This document shows, in pieces, positions 1 through 14,695 of a stretch of DNA of 64,000 nt; position 1 is the stretch's first letter; every line of letters starts with the position of its first letter. Made by a program: the position numbers and the translations under genes. The stretch is from the human T2T-CHM13v2.0 reference genome, Homo sapiens. The notes below the pieces were generated by a model. It saw only the letters and a program-made list of their open reading frames with translations. It searched no databases and was not told the origin of the DNA. The DNA lies in NCBI RefSeq assembly GCF_009914755.1, contig NC_060931.1; one strand, given 5' to 3'.

Positions 1-380
1 TAATATGTGACAAGCCCAGTGTTCTGTACTGGGATATAAAGAAGAAAGACAAGGTCCCTGCCTCTCCAACAGCTGCTGGTCCCTTCGTGGCTGACGGACC
101 AATGAACTGACAACTGCCATGCAGTGTGAAAAGCACTTTAGTAAGGTACGTCTAAGTTGTTTCAGGAACACAGAAGAGAAGTATGTAATCTAGCCTGGGT
201 GAAAGCAGGGGGAATGAGGGAGCTCAGAGACAGTGTCCAGGAGAAGTGTTGCTTGAATTAAGTGTTTAAGGACAAGTAAAAATTATCCTGGTCAGAGGAG
301 TAAAGTAGAAGCAATTGCATGGTCAAAAGGAAAGAGGCCAAAGGGCATGTTTGTGTATCAGTACTGTTCTAAGGCGGTGA
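1..380 (-). mobile_element. L2 fragment
   Basis: gacaaggtccctgcctctc..., ggagaagtgttgcttgaattaagtgtttaagga. Confidence 0.55.
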
Positions 381-408
381 GTCTAAGAGGTGCCCTGGGG
401 GTGTGTAC

Positions 409-410
<2 letters not shown>

Positions 411-453
<43 letters not shown>
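411..453. repeat. (TG)n microsatellite
   Basis: About 21 TG units. Confidence 0.95.
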
Positions 454-455
<2 letters not shown>

Positions 456-902
456 GGCTGGAAAGGTTAACTGGTGCTTATTCACTTCCCTCCCATGGTT
501 CTTCCAAAGACCCACCACCCTATTTTCAAATAATGGGCTGAAACAGAATGTTTAACCCCTGTCTCCTCCATTCCCACCCATTCTCCTAAATCATCTGATT
601 GTCCTTGATGCTGGTATCTACCTGGTCATGACTCCTTTTCTTTCCTCTCCCTATGTGGGTGTGACCTTCTCATTTGCATGGATCACAATCCTTGGTGCAG
701 GGACCATCTCTGAATCAGCTCCAAGGTCACCCCAGAAGGGCGAGAGTCCTTCACATCACAAATGGCTATTTTTTTCCCCCTACAGAATCATTTAGTTCAT
801 TAACTTACTTTTCTATTTTTCTTTGCATTCAAAGGCACAATCTAAATATTCATATCTTAGTTTTATCTTTGGGAAAAGCCAGGAAGTGTACCACACAGCT
901 AA

Positions 903-1271
<369 letters not shown>

Positions 1272-1310
1272 AAAAGTGGTTTTCTTATATTTAAAGCAAG
1301 AGTTGGACTT

Positions 1311-1491
1311 GTACTAGGTGCTAAGATATTACTCGGTTTGAATTCTTGACAGGCAAAGAGAAAATATTCTGCTTTATAAACAGGATGGGGGGAGGCAAAT
1401 AGTACTAGGTCCTAAGATATTATTCTGTCTGAATTCTTGACAGGCAAAGAGAAAATATTCTGCTTTATAAACAAGATGAGGGGAGGGAAAT
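1311..1491. repeat. Tandem duplication, 2 x 91 bp
   Basis: gtactaggt.ctaagatatt...gaattcttgacaggcaaagagaaaatattctgctttataaaca starts at 1311 and 1402. Confidence 0.95.
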
Positions 1492-2427
1492 TGTTGATAC
1501 TGAGCAGAAACAGTAGATATTCCAAGTCACTTTCTCTCTGTCTCTCTCTGTCTGTCTCTCTCACATATACACATGTGCACACTGGATGGAAACAATTCAG
1601 TTCAAAGAAATCAGCTTAATAGAAGCCCAGCAGTGGGTGTAAGGTTAGCATTCTCCATAAATGTTTTCATAGTTGTACAGTTGTAATTAAGTTCTGCTTG
1701 AGAAAATTGGTTCTCACGGTGCAACCTGAGAACTTCCTTCGTGGCTTCTTCAACTCCAAAGCTTGAGTGGGTCTCTGTGTTCTACAAGTGGCCAATTTAA
1801 TTTTTCATTCTAAGGTCCAAAGCACCTATGATACCACTGAGATGTGGTGTCACCTACCTGACCTCTCACTAATATGTGGTAGAAATTGGTGATCTGTATT
1901 TTTCAAAGGAAAAATAAGTACAAAATCTTTTTATATTTAGGTTGTTGAAGAATATCTTTTCATCTAAAGGAGATCTAATTACATTGTTTTTCTTCAAGGG
2001 GCTAGTTGGTTCTGCATCTCCAGTATTGTGTGTGCGTGCATATGTGTGTGTACCTGTCTCAAATAAAGTAACAATTCCAGTTTGGCAACCCCCTAATTGC
2101 AGGGATTGCTAAAAAGATTATTATGCATGTTATTGCAGAGAACTCAGCACCCTATAAAGTCATGTGGCAGGAACTAGGGCATGTCTCAATTTACCACATT
2201 AATATTGCAATAAACCAACACCTCTCTGTAAACATCAGGGTAAGGAGGACTACCTAGAGGCTGGCTTTGTAGGGTCTTCTAAAGAATTTTTTTTTTTTCA
2301 GGAAGATGGAGAAATCACAGTAGTTTCATTAATACATATTTTGTTCTTTGGCTTTTCTCCTTTTATTCCTTATTTTAATTTCTCTTTTATTCTAATTAGA
2401 AAAGTAATACATGATGACTATAGAAAG

Positions 2428-2726
2428 TTTTTTTTGTTTTTGTTTTTTTGTTTTTGTTTGTTTGTTTGTTTGTTTTTTGAGATGGAGTCCCACTCTGTCA
2501 CCCAGGCTGGAGTGCAGTGGTACCATCTCAACTCACTGCAACCTCTGCCTCCTGGATTCAAGTGATTCTCGTGCGTGTCACCACACCCGGCTAATTTTTG
2601 TATTTTTAGTAGAGACAGGGTTTCACCATGTTGGCCAGCTGGTCTCAAACTCCTGAACTCAAGTGATCCACCCACCTCGGCCTCCCAAAGTGTTGGGATT
2701 ACAGATGTGAGCCACCGCATCTGGCC
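2428..2726 (-). mobile_element. AluS with a ~30-bp internal deletion
   Basis: TSD agaaagtttt; deletion at gattctcgtgcgtgtc. Confidence 0.9.
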
Positions 2727-3042
2727 AGAAAGTTTTAAAAGTGCAGAAAAGTATAAAGAAGCAGAAATTAAATAAGTTGATATCCCATCTCCCAGTTAGA
2801 AACACTGCTAACCTTTGGAAACACTTTCTTCCAGTCTGTTTCCCCCTGCATTATAAAAAAGTTATGCCCTGCTTTTTACACGTAATATTATACAATATAC
2901 ATTTTTCTTATTTAAAAAATTATTATGCCTATCATTTCAAATGGCTAACTAGTGTTTTACTTATGAAATTTGTCTAAACAGACCCCAAGTGTTAGATGTT
3001 AAGTTAACGTCAAACTTTTCACTTGCATAAAAATGCTGCATT

Positions 3043-3332
<290 letters not shown>

Positions 3333-3418
3333 GAATGCTGCATTGATTATCTTAATATTAAAATATTTGTGCCTCCTTCAAGTCATTTCTTTAGTACAGA
3401 TTATTAAAACTGAAATTA

Positions 3419-3761
<343 letters not shown>

Positions 3762-3883
3762 TCAGAAAGTAGAACATTTTAAATAATTTCAAGTGTCTTT
3801 TTAAATAATTTCAAGTGTCAAACAATATACCCATGTAACAAACCTGTGCCCATACCCCCTATGAATCTAAAAAAAATCAAAGT

Positions 3884-4940
3884 TTTATTTTAGAATTAGG
3901 GGGTACATGTACAGGTTTGTTACATGGGTATATTGCATGACACTGAGGTTTGGGGATGTGAATGATCCTGTCACCGAGGAAGGGAGCATAATACTGAATA
4001 GGTAGTTTTTCAGGTGTTCCCCTCTTCCCCTCTCCCCAACCTCTAGAAGTCCCCACCGTCTATTATTTCCATCTTTATGTCCATGTGTGCCCAATGCTCT
4101 CACTTATAAGTGAGAACATGCAGTATTTGGTTTTCTGTTCTTGCGTTAAATCACATAGGATGATGGCTTCTAGCTTCATGCATGTTGCTACAAAGGACAT
4201 AATTTTGTTCTTTTTTATGGCTGCCTAGCATTCCATGGTATACATGTACCATATTTTCTTTATGCAAACCATCATTGATGGGCACCTAGGTTGATTCCAT
4301 GTCTTTGCTATTGCAAGTAGTGTTGCAATAAACCTATGAGTACATATGTCTTTTGGGTAGAATTATTTATTTTCCTTTGTATATATACCCAGTAATGGGA
4401 TTGCTGGATACAATGGTAGTTCTGTTTTAGGATCTTTGAGAAATCTCCAAACTGCTTTCCACAGTGGCTGATCTAATTACATTCCCACCAGCAGTGTATA
4501 AGGGTTTCTCTTTTTTTCTGCAGCCTCACCAGTATCTGTTACTTTTTGGACCTTTTAGTAATTGCCATTTTGACTTGTGTGAGATGGTATCTCACTGTGG
4601 TCTTGATTCACATTTCTCTGATCATTAGTGATGCTGAGCATTTTTTCACGTTTGTTGACTGCTTGTATGTCTTCTTTTGAGAACTGTCCATGTCTTTTGC
4701 CCATTTTTTAATGGGGTTGCTCGTTTTTTGCTTGTTGAATTGTGCAAGTTCCTTATAGATTCTAGACATTAGTCCTTTGTCAGATGCATAGTTTGAGGAT
4801 ATTTTCTCACATTCTGTAGGTTGCTTGTTTACCCTGTTGATAGTTTTGCTGTGCAGAAGCTCTTCAGTTTAATTAGTTCCCATTTGTCAGTTTTTTTGGT
4901 CAGTTTTTTTTGTCAGTTTTTGTTTTGATGCAATTGCAAA
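3884..4940 (-). mobile_element. 5'-truncated older L1 3' end (L1PA16/L1PB-like)
   Basis: ggtacatgtacaggtttgttacatggg..., cacttataagtgagaacatgcagtatttgg and other L1 3' end sequence. Confidence 0.85.
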
Positions 4941-5393
4941 GCCTCTTTAAACACATTACGAAATTGCTATTAAGAAAGGACATATTAGTTTTTATTCCTA
5001 CCACCAGCAGTACATGAAAGAAACTGTTTCAGTACACCTTCAGTTTGGGGCATTCACATTTTAATACATCTTTGTTACATTGGCAGGTAGGCAAAGTATT
5101 ATATATTTGTAGTTTTAATTATGTTATTTGATCATTAGTGAAGTTGATCATTTAATCACATATGCATTGTGTATTCATATTCTTTGTCCATTACTATTGA
5201 GAATTTAGAATTGTTTTTAATTTTACTCATTTGTATGAGCTTATTTAGTACTTAGTCCCTAATGTTTGTTTTCCTATTTCCCTCAAATGATTGCTTATAT
5301 TTCAAACCTACACATATCTTTTTGATACACAGAAGTTTAAATATTTGCTGCAGTCCATCTTTTCAATCTTTTGTTTTCTTTTATTATTATTAA

Positions 5394-5763
<370 letters not shown>

Positions 5764-6136
5764 TCTTTTATTATTTTTAACCTTGAAAGGTTATCTCCAG
5801 TCCTGAGATTTAATAAAGTTTTTCTCCATCTTTTGCTGTATATACATACATTATTTAAAATGTAACACACACACACCCCTACACATACACCTCACACCTA
5901 CACATACACCTGAAAGTCAGAGGGTATACCAATCAACTTAAAGAAAGCAAAGGTAGTGATTCACCAAGAAGTTAAAGCTGTCCTTTATTAAGAACCAGTT
6001 GGACCGCAAATTTCAATAAGAGCATTTGAAAGAAAAACTTGTTACCATGGATGGGTGGCTTATTATGAAGAGTTGGGGATGACAAAGAGGAGGCTGCTAG
6101 AGAATCCTTTTCCTGACTGCATTTTCACATTGAACT

Positions 6137-6215
6137 TGAGGCCTCCTCATGTTCTCCACTCTTCTTTTTTCTGAGGCCTCCTCATGTTCTCCACTCTCTT
6201 CTCTTTTTTTCTGAG
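6137..6215. repeat. Tandem duplication, 2 x ~35 bp
   Basis: tgaggcctcctcatgttctccactct at 6137 and 6172. Confidence 0.9.
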
Positions 6216-7322
6216 TTTCTAGAAGAAATGTATGTGTAGCAACCTTGGATCCAAGGAATGATGACTTAAAGGAGCTGTGGGTTGTAGAATACGAAGTTCC
6301 TCATTTTCAAAAAAACTGAGAGCAACTAAAAGGTTAGAGAACTGAAAGAAATGGTCTGGGAATGCCCGGGAGTCTCTTACCATCTTTTCCTGTGATAACA
6401 GAAGCAGGTTGTTAAACAGAAAACTTGAGTCTAAGGGTATGGAAGGTGGTCTCTGTAGTTGTGAAGCCAGAGGGAGAGGAAGTTGGAAGTTTCCCTTTTG
6501 ACATGAAATAAAGGATATCATAATTAGATTACACATCATACAATTTGAAATTCAACATGAGAAAGGTAAATATTTATACTTAATAAAATTTTATCTATAC
6601 TGTGGACCTGTTTATTTTTATTTTACCCCTGTGGATTATTTAAACATTTGTTTTGGTGACCAGTTTAGCAAGGACATTTCTTAAAAACTGAAATTGTAAC
6701 GTATGTCCTCATAATCATTCTTACTTGGAAAATGCCTAACTGACGGGTCTCTTAGCTACTGCCTAGGTTTCATTCTTTAACCTATCTGAACAGCAGGTAT
6801 AGTGACTAAGAGGAACTGCTTAGTTTGTGAAGAACTGGCTTTGTAAACTCAGCTTTATAAAGTGACCACAAATTTCACAAGTCAACATGTGTGTCCTGTT
6901 TGAGCTCACTTGTCAAGGGTTGTTATAAAACTTGGGGTTTGGTTCTGCATCTTCAAGGGACTGTGGGCAAAACACCAGCTCTTGGAATACCAATTTCTTT
7001 AACTGTAATATTGGGGCTTTGGCTAAATCACTAAGGTCCCACCTAGCTCTAAAACTTGAATTTTAAAAAATCCTGCAATTAGGAAAAATCTAACAAGCAT
7101 AACTTTTCTTGTTCTTCTTTTTTACCTATATAAAAATGACATTTTAGGAGAGTCATAGGAAGCAGCCCAGAACTTTTTAGCTAATCAGGAATACTAGAAA
7201 GACAAATTTATGTTATTCCTTTAAGTAACTCTTAATCGAGTAGGCTGTCTCTAACTTTACTATGTTGGTTCTCTTTTTTAGATGGATTTTTCTGTTTTCT
7301 TTGTTTATAACAAATCTTGATA

Positions 7323-7992
<670 letters not shown>

Positions 7993-8147
7993 AATATGAC
8001 TTTATATAAGAAATATCTATCATATTCAATTAAATTCAAATATTTTAATAAAGAATTAAAACATTGCAAAGAATAAAAACATACATACTAGAATATCTTC
8101 CTACGGTAAATTGTTACTAGGCAAAGAAACTGGCCATGATTAAGGCA

Positions 8148-8182
8148 CTACTGCCACCTGATGGCACATAGACTAATTACAG
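8148..8182 (-). promoter_or_regulatory. Candidate CTCF site with upstream motif
   Basis: Minus strand reads TGTAAT-N11-CCATCAGGTGGCAGTAG. Confidence 0.6.
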
Positions 8183-8249
8183 GAAAAGTATCATGAAAAG
8201 TCAGCTTTTTGAATGAGTGAAATTAAAAAGTGATGATAAATTTTTAGCC

Positions 8250-8545
8250 TTTTTTTTTTTTTTTTAAGACAGAGTCTCACTGTCTCCCAGTCTGGAGTGC
8301 AGTAGTGCGATCTAGGCTCACTGCAGGCTCCACCTCCCGGGTTCAAGCCATTTCTCCTGCCTCAGCCTCCCAAGTAGCTGGGATTACAGGGAACCGCTAC
8401 CACACCCAGGTAATTTTTGTATTTTTAGTACAGACAGTGTTTCCTATGTTGGCCAGGCTAGTATCAAACTCCTAGCCGCAAGAGATCCGCCCACCTCTTC
8501 CTCCCAAAGTGCTGGGATTACAGGTGTGAGCCACTGCACTCGGCC
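8250..8545 (-). mobile_element. AluS
   Basis: TSD aaatttttag(c/t)ctt. Confidence 0.9.
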
Positions 8546-8614
8546 AAATTTTTAGTCTTAAATGGTCCTCCAAAATTTATGTTTAAGAAGGCATCTGGCT
8601 GGGCGAGGTCCCTT

Positions 8615-8790
8615 GGCCTCATTTAATCCTCATGGCTACCCTATAAGGAAGGTACTATTATCAGCTTCATGTTACACACAAGGTAACTGAAGAACACAGA
8701 AGATGAGTAAATTACCCAATGTCATAATTGGTAGAGCTAGGATTCAAATCTAGTCTGCTTGGATTTAAAATCTGCTCTTAACCACTATAC
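8615..8790. mobile_element. MIR
   Basis: ctcatttaatcctca...ggtactattatc...gagctaggattcaaatctag. Confidence 0.7.
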
Positions 8791-9377
8791 TCTACCACTT
8801 CTTTGTTGTCCATCACTTGAATAAAATTTATTTAACAAAGTACTCATTTCTGAGTACTTAGGTAGTTTCTAAGTTATTATTTTAAATAATAATGTGATGA
8901 TCGTTCTTGTGGCTAAATTTTTGTAAACAGATATCATTCTACTCTTAGACTAAATTCTGAGAAGTAAAATTGAGCATCAAGTGAACTTCACATATTTAAA
9001 GTTCGTTATCTAATTGCCTTGTGTCAGAAAGTAAGGAAATGCTCAAAGAAAGGACGTGTACCAATCAATACTTCCAGAAGCAGATCTATGTTATTCTTTG
9101 TTTTTAAATCGACTTTCAAATTGCAAATGTCATACATTCTTATAAAACATTCAAACAACTCTAAATCTACTTTTTGTGTATCCTAAGATTCAGCAACAAA
9201 GTAAATACATTGTGATTAATGGGAGTCATGTGTCCCAGTGTTAAATATATTAGTTATAAATAGGGAAAGTGGAAGGCTAAAGTGAACCAGTGGTATTGGA
9301 TTAGAATCGAAGGTATGGGTATGAATTTATGGGTTTTTTTAAACATATTTACATAAATATGGTATAGAAATAAATTT

Positions 9378-9379
<2 letters not shown>

Positions 9380-9418
<39 letters not shown>
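9380..9418. repeat. (TG)n microsatellite
   Basis: About 19 TG units. Confidence 0.95.
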
Positions 9419-9419
<1 letters not shown>

Positions 9420-9483
9420 TGGGGGAACGTATGTATGCATTTGTGTATATATTTCCTAACCCTGTTAAGAAGGCCTAAAAGCA

Positions 9484-10024
<541 letters not shown>

Positions 10025-10153
10025 GGCCTAAAAGAATGAAAGCCAGTAGCAATTAACTTCCAAGTGCCATTCTTCATTAAAAAGAACCAAATATCCTTGG
10101 AGAAATGGCAGACTGCAAGGTTGGGGCTGTGAAAGTACAAAATGAGTGTAGAG

Positions 10154-10531
10154 CAGGGGTTCCAACCTCCAGGCCACAGACTGGTACTGTGCAAGGAATC
10201 TAGGTTGCCTGCTCTTTGTGAGAATCTGATGCCTGATTATTACAATGTGATAAAAATAAAAATAAAGTACACAATAAGTGTAATGCACTTGAATCATTCT
10301 GAAACCATCCTCCACCCCCCGGGTCCATGGAAAAATTGTCTCCCACAAAACAAGTCCCCAGTGCCAAAAAGGTTGAGGACCAAAAACCAGTCCCTGGTGC
10401 CAAAAAGGTTGGAGTGCACAATAAATGTAATGCACTTGAATCATTCCAAAACCATCCTTCACCCCTGGGTCCACGGAAAAACTGTCTTCCACGAAACCAG
10501 TCCCTGGTGCCAAAAGGGTTGAGGACCGCTG
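10154..10531 (+). mobile_element. MER1 (hAT-Charlie MITE) with duplicated right end
   Basis: TIRs caggggttccaacc / ggttgaggaccgctg; perfect 8-bp TSD gtgtagag at 10146-10153 and 10532-10539. Confidence 0.9.
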
Positions 10532-10949
10532 GTGTAGAGCATCTTTGTGTCAGAAAGTAAGGAAGTGCTCAAAGACAGAGGGGACATGTCTAAAGGATGT
10601 GGGAGCCAGCTCCACCGGGTCCCCCACTGGCCAAATCTGGGGCAATTTTGTGTATCAAAATACATGATGAGGATAAAGAATCCATAGCAATATGGATTCT
10701 ACATCACAATAAATAATTCTGCATCAAAGTAAATAATGAGGATAAAGAATCCATACTGACATGAATGAATGAAAGAATGAATGAATGGGGAAAAGGGAAA
10801 GCTTTCTTTGATAGTAAAATTCCAACTAATTAATGTAGAAGGAATGATGGAATCAGAAAATCACCACTTCAAAGGGAAAAGTAGCAAATTAACAGCAGAA
10901 AAACTTGGCAGACATCCCTTTAACCAGTGTTCAAAGTATTTTTTGTTCT

Positions 10950-11079
10950 TTTTTTTTTTTTTATGAGGCAGGGGTCTTGCTATGTTGCCTAAGCTGGCCT
11001 GTAACTCTTGGGCTCAAGGAATCCTCCTGCGTCAGCCTTTGAGTAGCTGGGATTACAGGTGCATGCCACCTTGCCAGCC
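10950..11079 (-). mobile_element. FLAM_C-type Alu monomer
   Basis: Single monomer; TSD-like agtgtt(c/g)aaagt. Confidence 0.8.
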
Positions 11080-11696
11080 AGTAGTGTTGAAAGTTTAACA
11101 TCAGTTGTAATGGGATATCATGTGCCTCCTGACGTGAAACATTGAGAATACAACAACAGTTCTGTGAATTTATTGCCAAAAATGGTAACCTGACTTGAAT
11201 CATGAAGAAATATCAGACAAACCCAAATTGAAGGACACAAATATCTGGACTGTATTAATCAGAAATATCAAGGTCATGAAAAACAAGGAAAGACTAAGTA
11301 AGAAACTGTTTCTAATTAGAGGAGACTAAAGAAACCTGACAACTACATTCGATTCACTACTTGGGATTTTCTTTTTCTATAAAAGTCATTATTGGGGCAG
11401 TTAGTGAAATTTAAATATGTTCTATAGATTAGCTAATAGTGTCTTATCAGTGTTAATGTCTTAATTATCCTGATTTTAGTATTATCCTATGGTTATGTAA
11501 CAGAATGTGTTTAGAGAATACATGGTGAAGTATTTAGAGATAAGGGGGATCATATCTGCAACTTACCCTCAAACAGTTTTTAAAATTTACACACACACAC
11601 ATACACACACACACGCACACATGCAGAGATTGCAGAGGGGAAAAAAACAGAAAGAGGGAAAGATAAAACATCCATTACAAATGTGACAGATGTTAA

Positions 11697-12039
<343 letters not shown>

Positions 12040-12335
12040 TCCTCACAGTATTTTCGTAACGTAGTATAAGTCTGAAATTTTGTCAAAATAAAAATTTAAC
12101 AAAATTTAAACAATATAAAAGTATCTGTTTAAAAAAGGGAAAGGGATTTCAAAGTGATTTCTTATTCTTCTTTCATTCTTTCCTCAGATCTTATCACAAT
12201 GAATAATTTGGTGAGTAGCTTTCTAAATTTTTGCTATGCATATACAAAGACATGTATACGTATGTGTCTCCATGTTTGTTCCTGTACAATTTCTAGTAGG
12301 TTCATACTCCACTATACAATAGAATATTTTGCTGC

Positions 12336-12628
12336 TTTTCTTTTTTTGATGGAGTCTCACTCTGCCGCCCAGGCTGGAGCGCAGTGGCGCAATCTTGGCT
12401 CACTGCAACCTCTGCCTCCCAGAGTTCAAGCGATTCTCCTCCCTCAGCCTTCCAAGTAGCTGGGATTACAGGTGCCCACCACCATGCCTGGCTGATTTTT
12501 GCATTTTTAATAGACATGGGGTTTCATCATGTTGGCCAGGCTGGTCTCAAACTCCTGACCTCAGGTGTTCTGCCCGCCTTGGCCTCCCAAAGTGCTGGGA
12601 TTACAGGCGTGAGCCACCATGCCTGGCC
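12336..12628 (-). mobile_element. AluSx/Sq-like
   Basis: Dimeric Alu. Confidence 0.9.
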
Positions 12629-12824
12629 CGCTGCTTGATTTGTAAAATGCTATATTACTGACATTTTCCCATGTCAGTACATATACATATACCTCTGTTT
12701 TTTTATATATAACTAATGTAGTTCTATAATATCTAGGGTATGGATGTAGTATGACTCATATACTAATTTTCCCATTGATGAACATGTGGATTGCTTTCTT
12801 TTTCTATAAAAAACTGCAACTAAT

Positions 12825-13123
<299 letters not shown>

Positions 13124-14139
13124 ACTGCAACTGACATTTTTGTGCATTTGCCTCTATTTTCTGTGGTATAGATGTGGAATTCCTCAGTCAAAGGGTATTC
13201 ATATTTAACCTATTGATAAATATTGCAAGGACTATTGCACTGTAGAAAGCACAAAGTGCAGCTAAATAGCTTCTCTTAATGACCACTGGGAGAAGCATAT
13301 GTTAGCAACAAGTGTGAATAATGCTAAGTCAAATTTGTGGGTCATTTGGATGAGTCTTATGGTCCATGAGCTGCTTACAGCTGTGCATTGCTTGCTGGTC
13401 ACCACAGAGCAGTGACAATCAGCCATGTGTGCATTGCTATCAGCACAGAGAAGGGAGAGTTGCCCTTGTATATTACTTGCAAACTATGTGTTATCTCATG
13501 CAGGCTGGTACATGATTACAGTCTCCCAAGAGTTAATTGTTAACTGGAGGGGTTATGCTAACTCTGTTAAGTGCCCATTATTACCTACATGTTTTCTGTT
13601 GTGTTTATTTTAAGAATGCAGACAGCTATTAATTATTGCGACAGTTGGATCACTATTTAACTTCTACTTTACTTTCTTCTCCTTACTATTTTCTCATCTT
13701 TTAGTCACAATTGATGTAGTAATATCAGTTATATATCTGTAAGAAAATATCAGAGGTACTGAGAAAGGCTTACTATAAATGAATAAATATAATAGTTTAT
13801 TTTATTATTCCACCCACAATCCCTCCTAAAAATATCTGTTTTATCCAGTAGTCTGGCTTTTCATCTGCAATGAATATGTCATGTTTTGTGAAAGGGGTGT
13901 ATGTGTGAGGGAAAGGGGGCAGAAATAGTTATCCCAATCCAATGTATACTCAGAGATTGTTTCCAGGCCAACAGAAGTGCTTTTGAATTATTGCTGTAAA
14001 TTAGCATATTAAAAATAGAATAGTTTTTAAAATATAGCAGGTTAAAATCTTTAGGCAGCATAAGGTTTATTATTATGTGACTTTAAAACAATGGAAGGAA
14101 AGATGAAAAGATAGTTTTCAAGTAATATGTATTGAGTTT

Positions 14140-14480
14140 CTCTTCCAAGTCTTGGGCCGGGTGCTAAAGAACACAGATGAACAAGGACATCAATGTTCTT
14201 TGTCCTTGAATAACACACTTTTGTGGGACACAGACAAATGAGCACGTAGTTATGATATGAAGGCTGTGTAATATTGACATATACTGGATGTAGGTGTAAA
14301 ATATCAAGGGAGCAGAGAAGAAGAAATAATTAGTATTGACTGAGGGTATCAGAAAAATTTCAATGGAGATATGATCTTTGGGGTGGCCCTTGAAGGATGA
14401 GTAGGAGCTCTAGGTTGGTAAGACATAATGGAAGACATTTCAGGCAAAGAGAATAATGAATTGCACGAGTGAAGGCAGAA
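14140..14480 (-). mobile_element. L2 fragment
   Basis: cttgaaggatgagtagga...gaagacatttcaggcaaagagaa. Confidence 0.6.
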
Positions 14481-14545
14481 AGGCTTTTGGATTCCTTATA
14501 CACCTGTGACCTCTAAGAACTCTGAAAGTTAATGCAAATCCTAGG

Positions 14546-14695
14546 CCAGTGCTTCTCACACTTTCTGTGTATACAAACCATCTGGAGCACAGTAATATTC
14601 AGGTTCTGATTCAGAAGGCCTGGAGCGAGCCTGTCATTCTGCATTTCTAACAAGCTCCCAGGGGCCTGGGGACCACACTTTGAGCAGAAAGGCTC
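14546..14695. mobile_element. MER5-family hAT MITE
   Basis: cagtgcttctca...ctgcatttctaacaagctcccagg...gaccacactttgag. Confidence 0.75.

Noticed and set aside
4883-4925. gtcagttttttt repeated three times in the old L1
   Set aside because: Ordinary slippage at a T-run.
10267-10531. Recurrent gtgccaaaaaggttg units resembling a repeat-spacer array
   Set aside because: MER1 subterminal duplications in primate DNA, irregular spacing, no cas genes; not CRISPR.
10028-10560. Overlapping ORFs with internal peptide repeats (up to 161 aa)
   Set aside because: They result from the duplicated MER1 end; no coding signature.
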